Positions 1-11,460 of a DNA stretch of 64,000 nt are shown here, piece after piece (the first letter of the stretch is position 1; every line of letters begins with the position of its first letter). Source of the stretch: Dendrobates tinctorius (Eukaryota); contig NW_027361722.1 in the NCBI RefSeq assembly GCF_039654945.1, forward strand, positions 4,402,001-4,466,000, given 5' to 3'. The notes under the pieces were generated by a model, which worked only from the letters and a program-made list of their open reading frames with translations, was not told where the DNA came from and ran no database searches. Position numbers and translations under genes: made by a program.

Positions 1-233
1 TGTGCATTAAAAGAGGTCTGGATACACATGATGAGAGCATTATACTGCCTCTGTACAAATCCCTGGTTACACCGCACATGGAGTACTGTGTACAGTTTTG
101 GGCACCGGTGCTCAGGAAGGATATAATGGAACTAGAGCGGGTACAAAGGAGGGCAACAAAATTAATAAAGGGGATGAGGGAATACAATACCCAGAGAGAT
201 TAGCAAAATTAGGATTATTTAATCTAGAAAAAA
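1..233 (+). mobile_element. CR1-type LINE, 3' part of ORF2 (left piece; interrupted by a second CR1)
   Basis: Translates to LPLYKSLVTPHMEYCVQFWAP...LERVQRRATKLI...ERLAKLGLFNLEK, the typical CR1 ORF2 C-terminal region; continues at ~1418 with [13 protein letters not shown]. Confidence 0.85.
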
Positions 234-1417
234 AGAATCATAGAATCGTAGAGTTGGAAGGGACCTCCTGGGCCATCTGGTCCAACCCCCTGCTCAAAGC
301 AGGATTCGCTAAATCATCCCAGTCAGATGTCTGTCCAGCCTCTGTTTGAAGACTTCCATTGAAGGAGAACTCACCACTTCTCGTGGCAGCCTGTTCCACT
401 CATTGATCACTAACTGTCAAAAAGTTTTTTCTAATATCTAATCTGTGTCTCCTCCCATTCAGTTTCATCCCATTGCTTCTAGTCTTTCCTTGTGCAAATG
501 AGAATAAAGTTGATCCTTCTACAATGTGACAGCCCTTTAGATATTTGTAGACAGCTATTAAGTCTCCTCTCAGTCTTCTCTTTTGCAAACTAAACATTCC
601 CAAATCCTGCAACCTTTCCTCATAAGACAGGGTTTGCAGACTGGTCACCATTCTTGTCGCTCTTTTCTGAACTTGCTCCAGTTTGTTGTTGTCTTTTTTA
701 AAATGTGGTGCCCAAAACTGGACACAATATTCCAGATGAGGTCTGACCAAAGAGGAGTAGAGGGAAATAATGACTTCACGTGATCTAGACTGTATGCTTC
801 TGTTAATACATCCTAGAATTGCATTTGCCTTTTTTGCTGCTGCATCACACTGTTGACTCATTCAGTCTGTGATCTATTAGTATACCCAAGTCTTTTTCAC
901 ATGTGCTGTCACTTAGCCCTATTCCTCCCATTCTATATATGTTTTTCATTTTTTTGCCCAGATGTAGTACTTTGCATTTCTCCCTGTTAAAAACCATTCT
1001 GTTAGTTGCTGCCCACTTCTCCAGTTTATTTATATCTTTTTGAATCCTCTCTCTCTTCTCTAGTATTAGCTATCCCTCCTAGCTTTGTGTCATCAGCAAA
1101 TTTAATCAGTTTACCCTCAATTCCTTCATCTAAATCGTTGATAAAGATGTTGAACAATACAGGGCCCAGGACAGAGCCCTGTGGTACCCCACTTGAGACA
1201 TTCTTCCAACTGGATGTGCAGCCATTTACGACCACTCTTTGGGTCCGATCACTAAGCCAGTTATGAATCCACCTAACAGTTGCCTTGTCCATTCCATACT
1301 TAGTCATTTTTTCAATAAGGATCGTATGAGAGACTTTGTCAAATGCTTTGCTGAAGTCAAGATATACTATATCTACAGCATTTCCTTGATCCACCCAATC
1401 AGTGATTCCATCATAGA
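234..1417 (-). mobile_element. 5'-truncated CR1 LINE (RT C-terminal half + 3' UTR + ATTCTATG tail) inserted antisense into another CR1
   Basis: ORFs 1026-1394 ([29 protein letters not shown]) and 400-861 (LVRPHLEYCVQFWAP, RRLRGDLI); minus-strand end ...CTACGATTCTATGATTCT is the CR1 microsatellite tail; frameshifted. Confidence 0.92.
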
Positions 1418-1812
1418 AGGAAGACTGAGGGGCGATCTAATAACCATGTATAAGTATATAAGGGGACAATACAAATATCTCTCCGAGGATCTGTTTATAC
1501 CAAGGAAGGTGACGGTCACAAGGGGGCATTCTCTGCATCTGGAGGGGAGAAGGTTTCTCCACCAACATAGAAGAGGATTCTTTACTGTTAGGGCAGTGAG
1601 AATCTGGAATTCCCTGCCTGAGGTGGTGAAGGCGAACTCAGTCGAGGGGTTCAGGAGAGGCCTGGATGTCTTCCTGGAGCGTAACAATATTGCATCTTAC
1701 AGTTATTGTTAGGTTCTTTAGAAGGATGTAGATCTGGGGATTTATTCTGACGGAATATAGGCTGCACTGGATGGACAAATGGCTTTTTTTGGCCTTGTTA
1801 ACTGTTACTGTG
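1418..1812 (+). mobile_element. CR1-type LINE, right piece (ORF2 end + 3' UTR)
   Basis: [15 protein letters not shown]...TRGHSLHL...FFTVRAVRIWNSLP continues the element at 1-233; ends in a (CTGTTA)-like tail. Confidence 0.85.
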
Positions 1813-1890
1813 TATAACTCAGGATCAGTAATGTATGTACACAGTGACTGCACCAGCAGAATAGTGAGTGCAGCTCTGGGGTATAATACA
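1813..1890 (-). repeat. Single copy of the dispersed ~81-bp repeat
   Basis: TAACTCAGGATCAGTAATGTATGTACACAGTGACTGCACCAGCAGAATAGTGAGTGCAGCTCTGG is the reverse complement of the unit at 33974-35480. Confidence 0.9.
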
Positions 1891-1892
1891 TT

Positions 1893-2449
1893 ATATGTTC
1901 TCACCCACAAAGCTCTCCACAGTGCGGCACCCCCTACATCTCCTCCCTCATTTCTATCGACCTAACCGACCGCTGCGCTCTGCAAACGACTTTTGACTAA
2001 CCTCTGCACTAATCCGCACCTCCCACTCCCGAGACTTCTCCCGCGCTGTGCCAATCCTCTGGAATGCTCTACCCCAACAAATTAGGACAAACCACAATTT
2101 GCATAGTTTTAGGCGCTCCCTCAAAACACATTTGTTCAGAGCGGCCTATCACATTCACTAATCACAGTCATTCTATGTGTAAGTGTGCGTGTGTAGCCCA
2201 TTCACTATCTCCATCCATCCCTCACTCCCTCAAGATGGCTGGACCATCATTGTAGATACACCATTGTATATACACACCTGCACTCTGTATCTCCCCCACC
2301 TCATTGTAGAGTGTAAGCTCTCACCAGCAGGGGCGGCTTATTGTGCTTTAATTATTGTATTGTTAACGTTGTTACTTATGACTTGTGTTTTGAAACTGTT
2401 AAATTGTAAAGCGCTGCGGAATATGTTGGCGCTATATAAAGATTATTAT
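1893..2449 (+). mobile_element. L2-like LINE 3' fragment
   Basis: LTHKALHSAAPP..., then DFSRAVPILWNALP-like L2 ORF2 end; 3' stem GTAAAGCGCTGCGG...GGCGCTATATAAA plus (ATT)n tail. Confidence 0.7.
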
Positions 2450-2526
2450 ATAGTAATGTTAGGTATATACACATTCATACAGGGTACTGTACACACATGC
2501 TGGAGACCACGAGAGTTGTGAGAACT

Positions 2527-2532
2527 TTTATT
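2527..2532 (-). terminator. USF3: Candidate USF3 polyadenylation signal (AATAAA)
   Basis: TTTATT on + strand ~1.8 kb past the stop codon, at the edge of unique sequence; not confirmed by transcript data. Confidence 0.45.
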
Positions 2533-3513
2533 TTACTAATAAAAATATGTTCAGCTCTTTACAAAGAATTATTACAACCAGAAATCATTGGAAATTAAAG
2601 TGTACCATGAGATCTGCAAGTTCCAAAGCAGCAATAAAAAATCAAATACCGAGCCCCCCGCCCATCACTCCAGTCATATAACAGAAGAGGAGAAATGCTT
2701 GAAACTGAAATGGGCGCCGTCTTTCAAGAATTTCCAGAAGTATAAAGAACTATACACAACATGTACAGTGGAGACGAGGGGCCGCGCTCCATGTAATTAC
2801 ATATATACAGTATATTATATACACTGTGAAATGTGGGGGCGCCGCGTGTCGTGCTGAGGGCATCGGGGTTACTATGGAGGGCACATCAGTTATAGTCCAT
2901 GATGGAGTCGGGGATCTTCCAACATGTAAGGCTGGGTGTACGTGGTCCCATCGTCCCTCGCCCCCAGAACCAGTCTGGTGCAAGGCTCTTTAGCTCGGTC
3001 TCAGGTATAAATACTTTACTTTCCCGTACAGTAATGGTTTTCATACATGGTGATTGTAGCCGCCTTACTGCAATCATGGTGCCAGAGATATTCGCCATTT
3101 GTCGACCCGGCCAAAACAGAGCTGAGCACCCATGACATCACTGCGATGACATCAAACCACCAACCAAGCACAGGTATGACCGATGGAAAACAATGGACCA
3201 AAGAATTTTCATAATTCACCAAGCAAAAACAATTATTGGTTTTGGGGGTCCCCTCTAAAACATGCAACAAACTCCATTTGCTTCGGCACAACGGGGGGGG
3301 GGGGGGGGGGGGTTGGGCACAGAAAAACAATCCTGAAGTTCTGTGCAGGGACGTCCTTCTGGGCCGCGATGACGGGCGGCGGATTAGAGGAGGCCTCAAT
3401 CAATTTTCTGACTTTAATGCAGCGGCCGGTCTGGGAAACAATGGAAACATCATCAGCCAGAGTCTCCTACTTTTCAGAAGTTTCTTAGAGGGATTTATGT
3501 ATTTAAAGTTTTA

Positions 3514-3890
3514 GGGTGTGTGCACACGCTGCGGATTGACCTGCCGAACTTTCCGCGCGGATTTGTGTAAATCCGCAGGTAAAACCGCAGGTCAAAAGAC
3601 CTGCGGTTTATCTGCAGAATTTCTGCGATTTAGCCTGCAGGTTTCCCCTGTGGTTTGACACCTGCCATGGAGCAGGTGCCAAACCGCAGCGGAATCCGCA
3701 CAAAGAATTGACATGCTGCGGTTTTGAAACCGCAGCAAATCCGCGCGGAAAATTCCGCACCGTGGGCACTGCGGATTTCTATTTCCATTGATTATAATAG
3801 TACTGTACACTGCAGCAGAAACTGCTGCGCATCCGCAGGGCCAAACCCACTGCGGATCCGCAGCAGAATCCACAGCATGTGCACACACCC
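3514..3890. mobile_element. PIF/Harbinger-type MITE in the presumed USF3 3' UTR
   Basis: TIR GGGTGTGTGCACA...TGTGCACACACCC, 3-bp TTA target duplication (3511-13, 3891-93), internal TCCGCA/TGCGGA subrepeats. Confidence 0.85.
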
Positions 3891-4323
3891 TTAAAATACG
3901 GTAACGCTTTTACGTCAAATTACAAGTATTCCAAGAAAAGAAATATATTCCGGAATAATTTTTTTTTTTAGTTTTATGAATCACAAGAGATGTTTGCGTA
4001 GTTTTTTTTTCTGGCAAAATTAGCGAAGAAATAAGAGATTTCCCATATTATACTCCGAACATGCACAAATGATGAAGAAAAACAGCAAAAAATATCCTGA
4101 CTGGTAAAAAGCAACTGCAGCGTTGTCACCGAAAACTAGAGCACGCGAGAGAAGAACGGGTTGTGTGGAGGAGAAACGTGGCTGATAGAGCGGCCGATAT
4201 GTGGATGGAAGGACATCGATAGTCATGTAAATGGAAGAACTCGAAAACTTTCCAGCATGAAAAAAAAAAAAAACTGCAGTAAGTGTAACAAAAACACATC
4301 CAGGAACCCCTCATGGGGCAACA

Positions 4324-7300
4324 TCACACTGCCGAACTGGAGTCATGGCCCAATATATGGCTTATGTTGTGTGCTGGCCGATTTGACGTCTGCTTTGAAG
4401 AGTCTGAAGAGGAAGGGTGAGATATGGAAAGCAACGGCGACACTGCCGAGCCATCAGCAGGGAGGGCAGTAGCAATTTCTGGAAACAGGGAGGTCAGGTT
4501 GAAGTTTGACAGGTGCGATGGGTTGGTCATGTGCATCGGGGGCATTTCTGGGAGGAGAGGGAATGTTGTTTGGGAGAAGCCAACAGGCCTCGGTGGGGAA
4601 AGTATGGAGCCAAACCTATTGCCGTTGGGCTTCTCGGTGCTTGGATTAGGAAACATCTGGTTGGAAAAGTAGGGAAGGGTGAGGTCGTTGGACAAACTTG
4701 GATGAGCTGGTGAATATGGAGGGTAAAAAGAGGGCAACGTGTTCTGTGGATCTACCGGGATCAGGGCAGGCGTCCGTGTGGCTGTGGTCTGTGTAACGGG
4801 AGGGATGAAAGATGCATTTGCATTAATGGGTGGATTCATTGTACCCTCCGGGATGAATGGGAAGCCGAAATTCTGGGCAAGGGTATGTTGGTCAGGAGCT
4901 GGATTGTCAGCAGACACCTGGGGGTTGTCAGGCATAAAACGAACTATTCCGGCCCTCTTTTCCGTAACGGGCTGCTGCCGCCCAAGGATCATACTACTAG
5001 GGCCGGCTAGGGGCAGAGGAGGCAGCGCAGAATCAAACATGTTGCCATGTCTTTGGTTTCCAGATCGGTTTCTTTCAGGTTGACGGGTTTTGGCATCCGG
5101 TTCCTCTTGCAGAGAATGCCTGGAACGCTGGGCTACTGAGTGATTAGTTTGCCTCACCGTTTGCCGCTGATCTCCATTTCCATGGGTGATGGACTGATGA
5201 GGAATGGGCGGATGAACCACCCCATGCATGTTAATGGAAACTTGTATATTCAGCTGGTTCTTTGTCTGCCCGTCTGACGCCCGAACAGACTTTTGCATGT
5301 GAGGACTTGTATTCCTGCCCTGGATCTCTGCAGAAGAGCTGGAGAAAGGAATATTTAAAGAATTGTTCCTGGGGTTCACTTGTCCCATCACCAAGTCACA
5401 GCTTTCCCGGTTCTGACCCTCATTCTCTCTACGGAGGTGCAGGGACTCACGAGCCGGTGGACAACTGAACTCGATGCTAGACGAGGTGTTGTACTGCATC
5501 CGCTGATGGCTGGAGATGGACCGCTGACTCGCCCCAACTTGGTCTCCAATGTGAGGCGCCAACAAACTTTGCATGAAGCTCTGGTGACAAGAATTCTCGT
5601 TCTCTCTAATGGGAAGGGTGGTTGCGATGGGCAACTCTTGGACGCTCTGGTAGGGCAGGTGCTTTTGCCGATCCATAGCAGAGTTACTATTCTGGCTTAT
5701 CCTATAGTTTTGTGACTGCAGCCCCCTCATATTTGTGTTGGTGCCACCTTCATTGTTTCTCGATGTCTGAACTTCAAAGGAAGCTGCTTGCTGGTGAGAT
5801 AAGCCTCCTGGCTTAAAGGTTTGGCAGTCGGGAAGCCTCTGAGATTCTGCACTGATGCCATGCTCGATGGCCATGTGGCCCTGAAGATTATGGGTTGGTG
5901 GAACTTTGTTCCTGGATACATCCAGATACTTGCGCATTTCAATCTGCTCCGATGCCCGTGAAGCTTGGACGGCGACTCCAATTCTCGGTTCTGTGTTTGA
6001 GGTGCTCTTTCCAATAAGCGCCTCGGCAGAGTAACTAGATACCCGATTTCTTTCCTGCCGGTGTGGGACACATGACATATTTGAAGGTCGAGAGACCACG
6101 GTCACTTGGGAAGCCATCTGCTGCTCTAAACTTCTCGCGGTCATGAGCCTTTGGACTTGGTTGTGACCCGATAAGTGCTCTGAGGACATGATGGATCCTT
6201 GCAAGCGGTTGATATCCTGCTGATGTTGATGAAGCATATCCTGACTCACATGACTGTGAGGGTGGGCTATGTGGAGACCTCGGGACGGTGCACTGTTTTC
6301 ACATGGTTTCTCTGCTTGGGCATTTCCAAAGTGAGGAGGGAGCTGCTGCTGCTGTATCTGTTGGTGATGGGGCTGACCACTCTTATGTCGATTTTGCTCC
6401 GTCAGGTGCTTCTGTTGCAGAGACAGCCGCGCAGTCTGAGCACCTTGGATGGGGTTCTGTTTCTTTTGCATCTGGATGTCCTGCGGTACCATTCGCTGTT
6501 GCTGAATGTTATGGGACTGTGAGCGGAGGGAACGGTCCACATGTGGGACTTGCTGCTGCTGATACAAGTGATGCTGGTCCCGTAAATGTCCCGCTTGTTG
6601 CTGCTGCTTCAAGTACGGGTTGTTACTGTGGAGAGGTACTTGCTGTTGGTGCGAGTGCAGCGGTTGAAGGTGTTGGTTTCCTATCTGACCCTGTTCAGAT
6701 ACAGAAGGTTGCGAATTGCAACGCAGGTCAGACTGTCTCAGAGTTGGGTTAACAAAGTTATTATTTGAAGTGAGAAGATTGGGCAGTGCCTCGCTGCGGC
6801 TTTGGAGACTACTGGATACGGACACCACAGATGCGGAGGAATCAGACACGACGTGACCAACCATTACTTCGTTCTGCTCTGTGACACTGCCTAAAGACTG
6901 AAATCGGTCAAGCCTGATTGGAATCAGACACTGCTTCGGTCTCTTGGCTGTGGAAAGCATCCCGTCCTCGTGAGACGAACGTTTGTTCGACTCTTTTCTA
7001 ACATCGAGTGTTTGTTTCAGGAGAGGAGCTGTCGCCCGAGATACCTGCATGATGGCCGAACTCATCGAGTGTAGCTGCTCATGCGAGTAATCGGACAGGA
7101 CCGTCGTCACTTCCGTCTGGCTCTCGTAACTGCTGGAAGACACAGAAGTGTTTGTGGACGGAGGCATGGACATGTTTTCTGAGGTTTGCAACACACTGGC
7201 GCAGTTCATTGAATGATTGACACCACCCGGGTGTATTAAATTATTGATGCTCAGACTGGTCACACTCTGAGTCTGAGATGTGGAGATCTGTAACGACAGA

Positions 7301-10300
7301 CTGGCGGCATTCACAATTGCACAATTACTTTTTTCTACCAGACGATCGACACAGGGGCGGCCATTAGTATCCATGGCGGTGAAAGAATGGGATGAAGGTT
7401 GGAGTTGAGAAAGGTTTTCTTTTGCAACGTGGGGCTTGACAGGGAGCTGACAGTCCACGGGCAACGCTTCTGCTTCCAAGCTCCTGGGGACGGGAACTGA
7501 CCCCCCAGCTTCCGCCTGAACTCTTGCTCTTACTTTTGAGAGAGTTTCGTGATCAAAGATGGCTCTCGCAGCAACGGCAACTATGTCATTCTGCTCCGAA
7601 AACCCACAACCACTAAATGCTGGCCCCAATGACGCTCCACTGACGACATCATCCCTGTTGGCATCTGGCAACATTGAGGCTACTGAGAAGTTACGGCTGC
7701 TGGCAGAACTACTGGATGAGGGCGAGTCCGTTTGTCGATTAGTCGCGGAGTTGTTGCTGCCGCCATCTTGTTCAGAGATACCAGTCTGATTTGGGTTTGG
7801 GATAACTGGTTCAGGCCTCGTTTCGCCCACAGTCACAGGTTCTTTAGTCTTCACTTTTCTGACCGGTGTTCCCTGACTGTCAAGATCCTTAGAGTCCACT
7901 TTTAAAGAGAAGGATTTCTCATTTGGGTCATCAGTCAATATCTGCGCTTCCAGCAAGTCGGCAGCAGTTAAAGTGGGAGTGCCAACTTCAACTTGGCAAG
8001 GTCTAGAAGGCGTGGCATGATCCGAACTTCTGCCAGAGGTTACGTCAATCGAGTCTTGAGGACTCTCTACTACAGGAAGTTCTTGAAGGGTCTCCGCAAT
8101 TATAGTATGATTACCAGGATCTACATCTCCCATAAAACATTCGGGATCTGGTCTGTGCTCGTTCTGTGCTCCACTAGCCTCTTCTTCAGGATTCTCAAAG
8201 TGTGCAGGTAAGAGCTCATCATGCCTTGGGTCGGATTGAGTTGGATTTCCTTCAGAGTTCGCAGGATTTCTGACTACATTGGGTTTCTCACCGAGGCCGT
8301 TTTCTGAGGATTGACCTTCTGCTTTCTCTTCTATAGTGGAAGCTGTTGCCAAGTCAGGAGCCTTCTCCATCTCAATATGAAGTCCATTACTGGTTTGGGT
8401 TTTCAGAGGTTCTGGTTTAGTGGCTGCAGCAGGATCCTTTTTAACTGAAGCTCCTTTCTTTACTGTTGGTTTCTTGACCGTCTTTTTGGGCTTTGCACCG
8501 GCCATTGCAGCAGTAGCTGCAGGCTTTATCGATAAAGGCTTTGTCATTGCAGATGCAACGGATAAAGTAGAACAGGATTCAGCGACTGCGGCAGTCACAC
8601 TGGTTCCAGACACCGAGACGCAGTTTACTGATGCGGTGCTGGTAGCTGGTGCTGGGGGATTAAGGGTAAACTGTAGACAACTGTGCCCGGCCAGCTGAGA
8701 TATGTTCTGGCTGAGGTTGGCCAATGCACCAAACGTGTTGAGAGCGACATTGGTGTTGGGATCTTCACTGGTTGTTGGCTGGATAATTTGCATAGGGGTT
8801 TGGTTGGAGGATCCAGATGTAGGATTCATGGGCTGCAACGCAAACAGCTGTCCATTGAGAGAGATAGTCGGCGGCTGTTGATTTGGGGCTGCTGTGGCAG
8901 ACGTGGGTACTTGCTGTGTGGTACTGGACGGATGCACAGTGCTGGGTCTTGGCAATATATGAACGAGATGTTTTCCACCGAATGTCTGTGGGATCACTGC
9001 ACTTTGCACAGGATTTGAAGGGCAGAGGACAGGACTGGTTGCATTGATGGGCATGACCACAGAAGGGGCAGGCTGAGCCGTCATTAAGGGAAGGGTGTTC
9101 TGGTTGGGGGTGGCTTGGATTATAACGATTTGCTGCCCCACGGGCGGATTAGGAACGGGTGGACAAGGTGCAGGAGCTGGTGGTTGAAGTAGTATAATAT
9201 TCTGATTGGCTGGTGGTGGATTTATTGCCGGACCAAACGGCTGAGCTACCTGAATGACCTGCACCGGGGGATGCAGCGGGAGGATACTGGTCGTGCTCTG
9301 TGCTTGAGGTTGGGTAATGAGTGACTGGACTTGTACGGGCTGACAAGAAGGCATTTTCACCATTACTTGTTCAACGGGCTTGATTTCTGAGCACGCCATG
9401 TTATTCATGTTTATGCAAGCTGTAACTGGACGGTGATTCGGAGTTTCTTTCGAGGCCACTGGCTGCTCGGTCACTAGTCCAGGAATTGCAGAAGAGGATG
9501 ACTGACTTAATGGCTGCACGGTGTTTCCCGCGAGTTGTAACGTCGTCCATGTAGTTTGAGTGTTTCCATCAGACGGGATACGAGATAGGCTTCCGATGCT
9601 CTTCAAATCCGGTAATCCAGGCAACAGAGACCAGATGGCCTCCAGCGAAGGAGCAGACAACATGGACGCACTGGTACCAGCTGGGACCTCTAGAGATGAA
9701 TTTCCTTCTCTCGAGTGCATGACGACACCTATACTGGATGAAATGTCGACACCGGGCAAAATGTCCTTCCCTACGTCCTTTCCAGTCTCGGCACAAGTGG
9801 AAGCTGCAGACGTCTTTTCTGGAGCATTTATAGACACCTGCAAGCTAATTCCAGGCACGTCAGAGAGAGAAACTTGTGAGGGAAGATTGCTGCTGACGGA
9901 TGCAACATTTTCGTGTATATTTTGCTCCAAAGCAATCCCTTCTTTTCCCTGGGAAGAACTAATCATTGGAGCCGCTGCACCAGCCGCTAGTGGAAATGAA
10001 ACGGCAGAGCTGGTCGGGGAAGGTGTGGTATCTTTGCCCTTGGACAGGACAAGGTTTGCCGTAGACTGTGCTATTGCCACAGGAAGACTCGTTGACTCAA
10101 CTTCAGCTGCAGTGGTTGGAGGAGATGTTGAATTTTGCTGCAATGTTTTGTCTAAGGGGTAAACGCCGGAGATGGTGATGGGCGTCACCAGGTTGCACGT
10201 TCTTTGCACCGGCACAACGTTGGCCGTTTGCTTTTGGAGGTTGTGACCCACGTTGAAGGTGATGCCATGCACAGTGGTGCCCTGGTTAGAAGAGCCCAGT

Positions 10301-10505
10301 TGGTTACTGTTGAGGCAGAGAGGAAGTTTCGGGGTTTGGTCGGCAGAGGTGATTAGTGAGGCTTTCGAGTTTCTTGTGTTTCCTTTCCAGGTCAACGTTG
10401 GGTCGTCGTACAGGCAGATATCATTGCTCTTCAATAATTCGATGTAACGAGCATTTTCTTTTTGGATCTCTGCCAACTCCATTCTGAGTTTTTTGATCTC
10501 ACTGG
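4324..10505 (-). CDS. USF3: USF3 giant last coding exon (6182 nt; zipper/coiled coil followed by long disordered Ser/Pro/Gln-rich region)
   Basis: 2052-aa ORF starting MELAEIQKENARYIELLKSNDICLYDDPT and ending RPAHNISHILGHDSSSAV, matching vertebrate USF3/KIAA2018; acceptor tttgcag at 10506; phase fits the upstream exon. Confidence 0.97.
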
Positions 10506-10869
10506 CTGCAAAAGAAGAAAAGATTAAGGAGAATTATCCATCAGCAAAAGCAAAAATACTGCACCGTGCACGGCAAACACCCAGAGACGAAACGTTAGGC
10601 GTTAAATACAAAAGGAAATTGTGGTGCTAAAAAGTGAAATAAACGCGTTCACTGACTGATCCCCCGCAGCCCGCTGTGTATGGTGCGACTTACAGGATGC
10701 AGAGGACAAATGCCACAACGTTTATAAGGAAACCATATTGCTAAATGTTTTTTTTTGCAAACAATACATGCTTTTAAGCAAAAAAAAGTAAATTAAAGAA
10801 TTGCCCCCATAAGGCATCCATATTTTATAATAATCCCCAAGAATCTTTTCCCTCCATCATCGGCCTCAC

Positions 10870-10966
10870 CTTGCTCGTTGTTCCCTCCGTTTAGCAGCAG
10901 TTCGTCGTTTTGCCGCTTCAGCTCGGTGATGTACTTGAAAGCTTGATCCAGAATCATGTTCTTGCT
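10870..10966 (-). CDS. USF3: USF3 coding exon 4 (97 nt; bHLH helix 2)
   Basis: SKNMILDQAFKYITELKRQNDELLLNGGNNEQ; flanked by tctcag and gtgagg. Confidence 0.96.
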
Positions 10967-11460
10967 CTGAGAAACAGAAAAAAGAAAAAATGATTGAAGA
11001 GAATCTGGCAGAGGGTGCCTGGGATCTTATACAGATGGCCGAGAGATAGAGTAAGACAGATGTATGATCCGACAGGGCTCGGGGGTACTGAGGGTCTCAC
11101 ACACGCGGCAGCAGACAGTGACATATGGTTTACGGTGGTCCTAGAAAAGAGCGACCAAAGTACACGACTCGCATTAAATTACCGTTCAGTGCAAAATCCC
11201 AGAAAGCCCTCTCACTGCCGTCCCACCTCAGAGATGAGCTACAAGACTTCCGGGATCCTGGCCCAACAGCCACATCAGGAGTCCATGACTGCGGGACCAG
11301 AGCCGTCTGAACCTCCTCCTACATAGCGGCATCCCCGACTGTTGCCTCTTCTGATGGGTCAGCCCCATCATTACACCGCAGCATCAAGCAAACGTGACAT
11401 CGTGACTTCTGATCAAAAGAGGCGCCGGGAGGCCGAAGGGTAGGAGAAACACCTAAGTAT

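Noticed and set aside
4424-10447. Many + strand ORFs of 60-200 aa
   Set aside because: Antisense shadows of the USF3 giant exon with no recognisable domains.
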